Shown here: positions 1 to 11,700 of the stretch, piece by piece
Numbering within the stretch: position 1 is the stretch's first letter
How the letters are laid out: every line of letters starts with the position of its first letter
Source of the DNA: Phoronis australis
Lineage: Eukaryota; Animalia; Phoronida
NCBI GenBank assembly: GCA_002633005.1
Contig: NMRA01000217.1
Location: forward strand, 372,001 to 436,000
Length of the DNA stretch: 64,000 bases
Reading direction: 5' to 3'
Program-made: the position numbers and the translations under genes
The notes under the pieces: generated by a model
What the model saw: the letters and a program-made list of their open reading frames with translations, nothing else
Database searches by the model: none
Told to the model about the DNA's origin: nothing

Positions 1-1200
1 CTTAGTCACTGACTTTGATTTCAGCGAATGCCTGCCAGACAATGGGGAAAATTATTTTTCAATTTGTACTAAAGTCACAAAAAAATACATTTTGTTGTCA
101 AAACTAATAACTTAGAAAAGTCTCTCTCATGTAACATTAATCCCAAAAATGTTTTCATTTTTCAGCCGTATAACCAACAATGTGAGAGTTAGTTATTGCT
201 TCATGCCTGGTCTAAGAAATATGTACTTCAGGGCACATTCCATGCTTTACAACCAGTTGGAAGAGCAAATAAAATTGTGAAGGAATTTTTTTTTTCATAC
301 CTGATTTGATGGATTATTTCGGTTTAATGATTTAGTGATAAGATCATGTATGGCACAGCTAACAACTGAATTGAACTGCTAAATTTGTTGTTTGTGTCAT
401 GCAAAGGGTGTCCAATGGAACTTAAAAACTCTTGAAGTTCAAATAAGGCATGTCGCTGATGGTTGAAATGTCACAGGTGGTAAAAATGGTTATGGTTCTG
501 CATACAGGAGTTTCTCTTGGTACAATGTACCTTGGCCAACATTTTGAATGAAATTGCTTTTAGTCTATAGTAAATGTTCTGATGTCATATCGAAAACCAC
601 TTATATGATTATAGTAGTGTCACCAATATTCAGTATGCAGTCTGGCGGATAGGTGACATTTTACCTTCTTGTTTTTTTTCATACGGGACATGTAGAACCA
701 AATCAATGCTTTACCATTTTTAAATTTTATTCCGTAGTTTGGCAGCAGTCACTGTTTTGAACAGTAAAACTGCACTTGATCCCGTTTAGCTGGCTTAAAA
801 TGAAAATCGAGTTAGGCCTATTATTTACAACGCTGCCATTCTAATGTCAGTACCTTCAAGGACATCGAATCCATTCAACAATTCAAGAGAATCAGAATTT
901 TTTAGGGATTGGCCAGCCCTAAAATTGTGAATTTGAAAATGGCACACTATCTGTGACTTAAGTTTATAAGACTGGAACTCGAATTTGATCACGGTAATGA
1001 ATATTGTGATACCAAATTATATGTGAGAGTAAAAATGCTGAAATTTGATTTTTGTTTTTAGGTAGTTAAACAGGGTGAAATTTAACTTTAAACAATTTGA
1101 ATGATGAAAAAAGATAACTTTTGGCAATTATTTTTTGTCCGAAATTGATGAAATTTTACTGTTATACTGGTTGTGAGCTGTACACTGTTTATTGTTACAG

Positions 1201-1284
1201 GGTTTAGAATCGTTGGTGAAAGACAAGGAATTTGGAACACCGCTTACTATCACCATGGATAATGGGAAACCACGCATAAACTGA
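1201..1284 (+). CDS. Probable terminal coding exon of an unidentified gene starting upstream of the window (GLESLVKDKEFGTPLTITMDNGKPRIN*)
   Basis: Acceptor ttattgttacAG ends at 1200; 28 open codons end in TGA at 1282-1284; T-rich UTR-like sequence follows with AATAAA near 1418. Protein not recognised. Confidence 0.5.
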   Translation, partial: GLESLVKDKEFGTPLTITMDNGKPRIN

Positions 1285-2259
1285 CCTCATTTTGATATTA
1301 TATAACCAAAATGTACTTTCGTTTTTGCTGCTTCTATGCTAGATAGAAGGCTGGGGATATTTATGGATGACATTATGTTGAACTGTGTTTATTGGAAGAC
1401 TTTTGACATCATTGTCGAATAAATGCGGGTGTTAGGCTTTAGGCATCTACATGCACATGTTTGGTTTGTTTTGATTTTTGTGCTTCTTCATAATCCCAGT
1501 TCACTGCAGTCAGGCAGGTATACTGTTCTGAATGTTTCCAAATTAATAGGGTTACAGCAGAAACTGCATCTCAGTTGAAGAGTCTCCTTTCTTATTCTTA
1601 CCCATGTTATTGGCACAGTAACATAAAAGTTTAATGTGCTTGTACTGCTTTCAGTTGTTGAGGGGTACCTATTGTTACATAGTGGTGGGCGAACCAATGA
1701 TTTATGGACCAGTGATTTTAGGACAAGGGGCTGAGAACATGTCCACCTTGGGTTAGTGGACTAACTTGGTGACAAATTCCTTACAGGATGGGGGTAGATG
1801 ACGCTGTTTCTTCAAGGTTAACAATGTCACTGTTGAGTTTTAGTTGTAATTATTATTTAATTTCACGTTAATTGTGATCGTTTTGTTTCTTGGGATTTTT
1901 GTGTGCCATTGTCTGACACTAGGTGGAGTTGCAAAATGTTATTCAAGTGCCATGACTTAAAACTTTTATCAATGAGAGGACATAGAAATGGTTTTGGAAA
2001 AATGTGGATATCTTGTCAGAACTCTGTATTTTAGTTATTACGGTCGAGTGTTTTTCTGGAATAAGAATCTTAGGGTGACAATAATTTAGTTATTGACTTT
2101 CTCCTCCATTTATTTTCCGTGATTGTTTTTTTGTTGAACTTGAGTTTAATTCCATAGTCCTGTCTACTGTTGCAGCTGGTGGCAACTGTCTTTCATGTTA
2201 TGTTCAGTAAAAATACAGATCCTTGTTTATCTTGGAAATGTATTTTTCCATGTAAAATT

Positions 2260-2507
2260 CATGTGTGCACCCAGCCTAAAATATAGGAGGGCTCGAATTT
2301 TTTGATATGCGGACATTTTGCTGAAAGAAATCAGCGACGACTAAAAAAAAACGGAGCCACTAGGTTCAGGCCGACTTCCCCTGGATTTTGTGGACTTTTG
2401 TCTTGTTTACTCGGACTTTTTGTTTCACTGAGACGGACCTTTTTGCCCAATTCGCCAATTGGGGGCTCATTTGAACCTCTCGTGTCTCCCCCCCGGGTGC
2501 TCCCATG
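2260..2507. mobile_element. MITE-like non-autonomous DNA transposon, copy 1
   Basis: Imperfect terminal inverted repeats CATGTGTGCACCC...GGGTGCTCCCATG flanked by AAATT on both sides; internal GGACTTTT...CGGACCTTTTTG..TTCGCCAA block shared with 6255-6456. Confidence 0.6.
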
Positions 2508-4899
2508 AAATTGTGTTTCCTTAGCATGTATTTACTTTCCTTGTAACAATAGAAAGTGATGTGAACGGCTAAGCAAAAGGACTGTATCTTGACTTTACAT
2601 TCTTGTTTTATAAACAAAAACAATACTCACGGCTTATTGAACACGGTCTTTGTCAGTCATTCATGTTTGCTCAGAAGTGAATACGCTTTCCATTGTCTCA
2701 TGGAAAGAACATGCGTGACAAGGGAACAGCAATTTACATTAAAAATGTCTGTCCAAAGTAGAGGATAATGTATTTCTACTTAAGATGACGTCAAGAAAGA
2801 TTGCTTTCCTCTTTAAGTGTCTGCTTACATGTCTGCAGGAGTTAGACTTGGTAGTAGTTTTGAAGCCATCGCTAAGCTGCAATATTAAAATTGTAGCTTT
2901 ATAGACTAATTTTGTTTGGATGTTCTTGTACTGTTACTGGCTTTGTTTTATCTTGCAATGTTTACTAAAATCTCTATTCTATGAATTTTTAGGTTTAAAA
3001 TTACTTTACAATGGCTGTCTTTTTATAGTAAATGATGTGATTAGTGAATGATTAAACAGAATGTGAAAAAATCGTTTCTATACAACCTGCATGCGTTCAT
3101 GTTTGCCTGGTTTTTGTATTTACTTTTGTCTCATGGGTCCTGTTCTAACAAAGACTATGTCCATTATCCATAATTAAGAGGGTTGTAGGCAGGGCATTAA
3201 TGCCAGATGCATTGGAAGATCCAAAATGTTGCATCTGACAAAAAAAATTAAAGAACAAAATGTTTTTAAAGGACCGCCTTTTTAGTTTATAAATTGAAAT
3301 AAAAGTTAGACCATTTTAGCTGAGGTCGATGGAGGACATTTGGCCAATTTGACCACGATCTCTGGGGGACACAGTGTCTTATTATCAAAATAAGCTTTTC
3401 CCATTCTATAGCTTTAGAAAGTAAAATGCACCCTATGGTGACGGTATGTCCAAGTTAATGTAAACACAGTATGAAAAGTGTTACCGACTTTTCTGTGCCC
3501 GTACCATTGGTCGGTTTAACCCAAGTGTGTGCCACTAATGAAATATAGCATGGAAGATGTCCCTCCACTACGGTTTAACGGGTGCACCGGGTGGACACCA
3601 TAGCTAGTTCTAATGACGTAATATCCGATTTGGGTGAGTATCACGGTAACTCGAAACTAAGTGCACGTGAAGGTCTTCTAGGGGAGAAAATCACAGAAAC
3701 TTTTCTTTTAAGATGACGTAAGCTGCAAGAAATACGATCAATGCCTTTGAATAAGTGCTAAACGATTGCTTTGTGGTTTCCTCGACCTATTAGACATGTG
3801 ATGTACTTGGACACTTCGTGTATACATTGTAAGTATGGAATTTATAGAGAGACAAAGTGAAAATTTCCTCTGGGGCATGACTACCGTATGAAAGGGAGCT
3901 CCTTAATCAGAAAGACTATAATCATTAAAAACCGGAAAAGAATGACTGGTCAATCCATCATCGGGTGGAGGTGACCTTACTGTATCGGAAAATGTTAACG
4001 ATTTCACAAAAAACGCAGAATTGATTCTATCGTTGGGGCCCCGCCTAGCTCTTGAGTACTAACAAAAACAAGAAATGGTGGTTATGGATTAACGACTCTG
4101 AAAGAAATGACAATTTCAAAAACAATATGTGAGTGGCAATTGACATCATCAGCAGAGGGTCCCATTCCGTCAACTTTACCAGTTTCTATCGGTACTATTT
4201 TAACAAAAACTGTGAAATAGCCAAAGATGACTCCATTATCCATAGATGAACACAGCTTTGCAATCCTTAATAACCGTCATCTTGAATTTAAATATTTGAA
4301 TCGAATTGCTTTAGAAAATACGTTCATAACAAGTTTTCCAGACTTTTTCTAAGTATGTAAGTTTAAGTGAACTTCACAGCATGATTATCGATCTGTATTG
4401 CACAAAACTGGGGATCCCGTAGCAAAAATATGTCCTGATTAGGTCCTAGAACTGGTAGAGAGAGAGATCCAAACTTAGTTGTTTTTTTCAATCGTATGAA
4501 AACATACATTGCTAAATGGCTGGATGGCCAGTAAAGGCACGGACCGTTAATAGCTGACCACCGAGTAAAAAAATAAATAGATAATAACAAGACTAACAAT
4601 ATGGATGATAACAGAAAAAAGTACATGTACTATGAAATAAAATAGAATGAATGTTTAATTAAAATAAATATATTTTACAAAGATTTGCACATAGAGACTA
4701 TAGATATAAGGGAAACAGCACGGTTAGAAAAGCACATGGCTAAGAAGTAAGGTTATCACGGTTACTTCAATTAGAACATGTGTAACAAATGAATGTAGAA
4801 CGTTACACTGAGAGCCGTAAGTGCTTAATTTGTAATTTTTTAAATAGATGGAGAACACATGTAAGCTATGGGTGTCGATGTTGTCTATTGCATATCTCG

Positions 4900-6250
4900 G
4901 GAGGAAACATTTTTTTTTAAATTTAGTATTTTTAAAAACATTCATGAATTTTCATAACTTTTTCTGTTAGTTTTAAGGTGGGTTGTTGTCTGCATATTCT
5001 GGGAAGATGTCTTGGTGACTAATGGAATTGGAAAAAAATGTTATCGTAGTGAAAATGTTTATTTACCAAATCTAAAAGAATTGTTTTAAGTCAAGTGATT
5101 ATAATTTTTGTTAGGATTTTGAGACACATCCTGATGTAAGAATGATTCTAAGTCAATCGAAGCCAAATCAGTTTTAAAATTGGCATGAGCTTTTTTGACT
5201 GACTTTATCTGAATATATTTATGTTTGTAAGGATTACTTTTGTAATTAGTATTGAGAGACAAAAATACGGTGAAATGGTCCAGTAAATTACTTAATAGTA
5301 TACCGGCGTCGGACATGTTCGTGATTGGAGAGAATTTTGTATAACTTTGATCAATGAGACTACACGTATTGTTGGTGAGACGGGTTATCTAAGAAGAAGA
5401 GACAGTTTTTACATGCGGTCAAAAAAAGCAAGTTTTGTGTTACTGAAAATTTGTAGTAATAAATTGACATTGAAGTCACCAGCTATCAAAAAGTCACCCA
5501 ATTTAGAAATAAACTTTGAAATTGTTGAAATAAAGTCAAACCTGAAGTCATCAAAGTGTCAGTATTCGACGGGGGTCTATAGATGTTAAATATGGTCAGC
5601 TACTAGTGGTCAAGTTCGCGTCCCACGTCGGTCTTGCTTTAACTGTTCTTTCTTGATAAAATCTTTCTTATATTTGTTGAGTTCTTTGTGAAAATAAAGT
5701 TTCATCGCAGTTTGAGTATGAAGTTTTACTGCAAGTAGTTAGGTTCCTCTTTGGCGCTCGTCAAGTAGGCTAGTTGTACATTTTATTTTTTACGGTCTAT
5801 CCTTTTCAATTGGAATAAGAAGACCCTGTATGATCCGAGTTTATTTTGTGGCTTGTATTTGTTGAACCCGACGGGCTTTTGCAGGGAAAGAATGTTTTAA
5901 ACAACTTTGGGCCACGGTGTTGAGTATTTAGTGTCTGGCGTGTTTGAGGGTTGATTTCAGGCCCGTAGCCAGCATTGCACGGTGAGAGGTTCGAATTTCT
6001 AAAGTGGTGGACCTCTGGATCATATTTCGCCATTGTTTCTGCGCCGTTAGGCAGCTATACCCTGCAGAAGGGAAATCCGTGTACACGAAGATGACTCTTT
6101 GGTGGGCCATTTTCCTGAGATAAGACGGAGTTCGTAGGCGTAATCCAGGAAATGATGATGCCATGGCGGTTACTCGCAAAAAACGGGACCCAAGTTCGGA
6201 TGCATTGTGGTCCACAATTAAGTTCTCTTGTTACCCTCTGCCAAACTTTC
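4900..6250 (-). mobile_element. Decayed non-LTR retrotransposon (LINE) with APE-endonuclease remnants and possible ORF1 remnant; boundaries approximate
   Basis: Minus-strand translation gives APE motifs in the right order across frameshifts: IYRPP (~5580), IAGDFNVN (~5480), PTIR/LID (~5350-5370), LLDHF (~5280). Upstream IFVYTDFP...EIR...LKHAR (5928-6100) resembles the C-terminal part of LINE ORF1. Confidence 0.6.
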
Positions 6251-6254
6251 GAAC

Positions 6255-6456
6255 CATGCGTACTCTTAACAATATCCGAAGATGTGGACCTTTTACCGAA
6301 CGGGGTACCGCGTCCACATCTGCGAATTGTGCGTTTGCGCCTGTTTGGTGGACTTTTCGTCTCGTTTTGTCGAACTTTTTGTTTCTCTGAGGCGGACCTT
6401 TTTGTCCACTTCGCCAAATGGGGGGGGGGTCGTTCCAGCCCCCCTGTGCGCTCATG
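6255..6456. mobile_element. MITE-like element, copy 2 (family of 2260-2507)
   Basis: Shares internal GGACTTTTCGTCTCGTTTTGTCGAACTTTTTGTTTCTCTGAGGCGGACCTTTTTG block and CATG...GTGCGCTCATG ends with copy 1. Confidence 0.55.
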
Positions 6457-7211
6457 AAATGGTAACAGCCCACTCAGTACTCTAAAGGCATTACTCCGAA
6501 GGTTCACTACTTTGAAGGTTCACTACCCCAATAATGGTATGAAATTGCGGACTGAAGTGTAATTTTTATACTTTCACACGAAAAATACGCATTTCCGCTT
6601 AGAAGCAGTGGCGTAGTACCCAGTAGTAATGCGGATACTGAGAACAACGCCGGGTATTAATAAACGTTAACTGTTTGGGGTTTCTTGGCTATGCGCCAGT
6701 GCGGGGCTCCAAAAGCCAAGGCCTGAAATGAAATACCTTCGTGCCCCTGATGTTGTCCTTAATTGTTTTAAAAATGAGTAGTTTTACATTCAAGAATTAC
6801 GATCTGAATGATTGGAACTGAGCTCATTTGCTAAAAAAAGCAATCAATAATTTAACCACTATTAATTTTTGTTATCCCTTTAAATAGTTACTAAATGAAC
6901 ACAAATAGAATAAACTGTCGAACTCAGTTGTGAGCATGGTTTGCAATAGTGAACCTTGGGAGTAGTGTTACGTAATTGTGGGAATCTCTTTCATCAAGTT
7001 TGTTGACCATATGAAGCCTGCAATGCTTTGCATCATTTTCAATAATTTACAAGAGAAGACGTTTCTTCCTTGACAATATTTAGTAGGTCTAATCATATTT
7101 TTATCGAATAATGTGAACATGCTCGTCGGAAGGATTTTATCAGCTTGTGCAAGAAAACAGTAGCGAAATGTCTGTTTTTTAAGAAACGGACTGCCTATTA
7201 AGTTACGTGTG

Positions 7212-8126
7212 CTAAAGGATTAGCAGTTGTTATAATGGACAAGCAGAAATATATTGACGAGGCTCTCCGACAACTTAATGACACAGCATACTACAAACTT
7301 TTAGGTAATAACCCCAACACAAAACATATCAGCCTTATAACTAAAACTATTTTGAATGCTTTCCATTTAGGTCACATTGACAAAGACACCAAAAACTACC
7401 TCATTCCTAATGCTCAACCTAGACGCTTTTATCTCCTTCCAAAAGTCCACAAAGAAGGTAATCCTGGGCGCCCAATTATAGTCAGCAACAACTGCCCTAT
7501 GGAAAAAATTTCTCAGTTTGCCGACTACCTTCTTCAGCAATTTGTCCCCACCCCGGCTTCCTTCATATGTTAAAGAGGCGAACCATTTTCTTAATATAAT
7601 TAAAAACATCAGTGATTTACCTAAAAATGCCCTTCTCGTAACTCTTGATGCTAAAAGCTTATACACTAATATTCCTCAACATGAAGGCATAGAAGCCTGT
7701 ACCAAGTTTCTGAGTCAACGTAATAACCCTAATGTACCTACATCTCATATTCGCTCTCTTCTTGAACATGTACTTACCATGAATCATTTTACCTTTAATA
7801 ATAATCACTATCTCCAAATATTAGGCACAGCTATGGGAACTAGGGTTGCTTCTACTTTTGCCAACCTTTTTATGGGAAATCTTGAAAACAGATTCATCAA
7901 ATCCTGCTCTGAAAAACCCCTTCTCTGGCTAAGATACATTGATGACATTTTTATGATATGGCCGACCCATGGTCCACAAAAATTAGAAGTATTTTTAGAA
8001 AATATTAACAAATTTTACCCTACTATAAAGTTCACTCATGACATTTCTCAAAATAAAGTCTCATTTTTAGATGTAACTGTCACTCTTAATAATGATAAAC
8101 TAGAAAATGACTTATTCTATATTTAA
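7212..8126 (+). mobile_element. Penelope-like retroelement reverse transcriptase fragment (frameshifted, truncated)
   Basis: Overlapping ORFs 7235-7573 and 7518-8126 give PLE RT motifs KGLAVVIMD, FYLLPKVHK..PGRPII, LVTLDAKSLYTNIP, GTAMG....FANLFM, WLRYIDDIF, IKFT, FLDV; one frameshift near 7550; stops before any GIY-YIG domain. Confidence 0.92.
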
Positions 8127-8599
8127 AAGAATGAAAACGCACACATCAGATGCATGTCAATCCACCAATACGCAACCAAAGCGTAGGGCCTACACTGGAT
8201 GAACAACATATTCGACGATCACGTATTTCAATTCGAAAATTAAAAAAGCCTGCACATCACTATATATGCTGGCAACTATACCGAAAAATCAAGTAATATC
8301 TTTTGCCGCTGCGCCGCACAAGTGTTCTTATTAATTGTTGATATGTTCCAGTCTCTAGTAGCTTTTGTGTGTAACCTGCCTGAGCAACAATGAGAATAGG
8401 ATGAAATATACACGTACGACAACACAGAGGTCAACACCCAAAGAATGCAGTGAAATATGGGGAACGCAGTCATGGCCTAGACTGCTGCAACATGACTAGA
8501 GCATGCAGTCCGGTTAGCCACCCAGCTAGCTGTGTGAAGACTATATTTAGTACACAGCTTTGTACGAAGGCTGGCAGTCAGCGTCGTAATGTCAAAATT

Positions 8600-8650
8600 G
8601 GGTTTCCGGAAGATGTCGCTAGTGTGTTTCCTTTTTCATCGCCATTTTCA
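8600..8650 (+). promoter_or_regulatory. RPL12 core promoter: ETS-like site, TCT/5'TOP initiator, YY1-like site
   Basis: TTCCGGAAG (8604-8612), pyrimidine tract TTTCCTTTTTC (8627-8637), CGCCATTTT (8640-8648), about 120 nt upstream of the ATG; typical of ribosomal-protein promoters. Confidence 0.65.
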
Positions 8651-8749
8651 GGTGTTAGGTGCAACTATTTTGGTCGTCCTGTTAAATCAGGTACATCCAA
8701 CACCCAACACCTTTTAACGTGAGACGTTTAGTTAAAAAAGACTTTCACA

Positions 8750-11700
8750 ATGGGCCCCAAGTTTGATCCAACTGCTATTACTATCGGTAAGTCCAATATT
8801 GTACCTTTAATATGCAAGGATATCGGCTAGGCCTCAAAAGCCCGGTCAGCTGGCGAATGAATGATTGAATCCGACGAGTAGCCGAACACAGAGCCAGGTC
8901 GCTCTCTTCTTTTAAATATTGTTATTTCCAGTACTCAAAAGGTCCCGTTTAACGTTGGGCACTGGTCGGATATAACGGTCCCTGATTTCATGTGATGGCT
9001 TGGATAGTGACCACTGGCATAGCTGGCATGTTGAGCAACACGTAGGCAAATACATGGCGATGGTACATCCCCATAAAAAGTTACGCATTTCAAAATACAG
9101 CAAATAAAATCTAATGAAACATGCATAAATGCACATGGAGTTATAATTAACACATACCATGACTCTGAATACAATAATAGTCAACATAACTTGAACATAT
9201 CCATGAAAGCTGTCGGCGGTTCGCTTAAGTTTCTCTCGCCGGGTGCCATTTCAAGAAAGTTACGAGAAATCATGCCTGTTAATGAACAAAAATTCCAAGG
9301 GACACAAAACTCACAAATTCCACCTGATAATCTTCCCATGCTATTTTGCAGGTGTTACGCGCCAGGTCACTCGCTTTGCTCAGTCTCGCGCTAGCTTTAG
9401 CCTAACTCACGTGACTCGGTTGATATATTTTGTGGTTATCGCGACCAAAAAGTGGAGTTGGAATTCTTCTCCCAAGTCTGCTTAATTCTAGTAGAAATGC
9501 TTCATCGAAGATATGTGTAGGATATGTGTTAAGAGTTACTAATGCTTATTGCTTTAATTAAGGGATTTGTCACTGAACCTTGTCCTTTGTTTGTGGCAGT
9601 TTTGTGTAGCATTTCTTCTCTACTTGCAGTTTACCTGCGTGCTGTAGGCGGTGAAGTGGGTGCTACTTCATCCCTTGCCCCCAAGATTGGTCCCCTTGGT
9701 CTGGTAAGTTATCAGAATAGGCCATGATTAATGTAGAACATTGTTTTATTAAAATTGTCTCTGAAACCAGGCTTGAACAGCAGTGGGGATTATTTACATT
9801 CCAATCTAGCAACAAAGTTCGTGCTCCAAATTAGTCATCCAAAAGCAGTTTTTAGTTCTTGATTTTGACTGCCACCTTGTCCCACGTTACGGACTTTTAA
9901 AGGAAACACAGGTAATAGCCATGTATTTGCAACACTCTCCTGCTTTTTCAACAATGAAAGAATTTGTTCATCAACTTTAGGATGCAACGATTGTGATGTG
10001 CGGTTACGGGGGGGGGAGATGATTTCCAATAAATCGACCATCACCTCAATGCTGTGTGTTTTAGGGAGCATAGATACATGTAAGCACCAAAAATTCCTTG
10101 AACTCTTGCCGGTGAGGTACACAAACTCAACTTGAGCAGGTTCATGTTTTGGTGCTCAAAGGGTGTTTTAAATATATAGAAGGGTCTGGTGGCTAATGTA
10201 ATTACGTGGTGCCCAAGTCGTAGTGTAGTTTGTTGTTTTTCCATTACTAGGCATATATTCGGTCATTATTTCAAGTGCGACTACAGTTTTTGTTGAATTC
10301 CTGAAACATGCGATTTAATTCATTGATGCATGCAATTCATTGACGTATGCGTGTAACTGAATTGAGTAGCGATTACGGTGTGTAGATTAAATCTGTTTAT
10401 TGCACTCTCCCATAGTCCCCCAAGAAGGTGGGTGATGACATTGCCAAGGCAACGCAAGACTGGAAGGGCCTCAAAATCACGGTGCAGCTGACCATTCAGA
10501 ACCGTCAGGCCAAGGTTACCGTGGTGCCCACAGCCTCGTCCCTGATCATCCGCGCTCTCAAGGAGCCGCCACGTGATCGCAAAAAAGTGAAGCATGTCAA
10601 ACACAGCGGCAATGTGGCCTTCGATGAGATCGTCAACATTGCGCGCACCATGAGGGAGCGTAGTATGGCTAAAGAGCTGAGCGGTACCGTTAAAGAGATT
10701 CTCGGTAAGTTTTGTCGGGTCTCTTTTTATTATGCGCCCACACATATATATGTGGGCGCATTAGGCTGGCATCCCCGTCTGTCCGGCATCCGCTGCTATA
10801 TCTCCAAAACCCTTGGATTTATGCCCATGAAATTTTGTAGATGTGTTTCATGAATTTGATGGCATGAGCGAATTTTCGGACAGTTGCGACTACTGGTGTG
10901 CCCCTTACTGGCAATATTAGGTTTATGCACCCAAATATTTACATATGTGCATATTGCCGTCACCTCTGTCTGTGCGAGTGTCCGCAGCTCTAGCTCCTAA
11001 ACCTGTCACAGAATCTTGATGAGATTTGGCAGCTGGCAATGGATGACAACGAATTTCGGACTGATCCGACTACCGGTGTGCCCCCTAGGGGCAATTTTAG
11101 TTTTTGCGTTTACCTCTGTTTCATGAAACTTGGCTCGTAGGCATCTGTTAATAAGATGATGCTACCCTTCTGTGCTCGGATGGATTCAAGGTATTTTGCA
11201 CCCGTGGTGGCTATTTTTACTGTTTTTCAGTCAGTTTATCGGCGTCTGCCCTTCTATCGAACAACCCGCTCTAAGGATGGTCATGAAAATTGGCACACAT
11301 GTTCTTACTGTGAAGAGAGTGGCTAAGAATGATTTTCCGGCAACTTTGATTACTGTGGTGCCTCCTAATGGCCGTTTCGTTTTATTTTGGGCCTGTGGCA
11401 GTATCTTTATTAAACTTTGTAAGTATATTTGTTTGATGTTGAAAACGGACAACAAGGACTTTCAGATGGATCTGACTACTAGTGTGCCCCCTAGTGGCAA
11501 CTTTAATTTTAAGGTCCTCAACGGATTTTCATATAATTTGGCAGATAGGATTTATTAGTAAGATGACGATTTGCTTCTGTTTTCGGATGGATTCAAGGTA
11601 TTTTGGGCCACCTAGTGGCCATTTTTACTTTTTTGAGTCTGTTTTTTGGCATCCGCCCCTCTGTCAAGTAAACCACTCTAAGAATGATTGGCCTACTGTG

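Noticed and set aside
8787-10415. Intronic snoRNA in RPL12 (vertebrate RPL12 hosts an H/ACA snoRNA)
   Set aside because: Weak hairpin+ACA candidates at ~9200-9310 and ~10040-10125, but no convincing H/ACA or C/D structure by eye; needs an Infernal/Rfam search.
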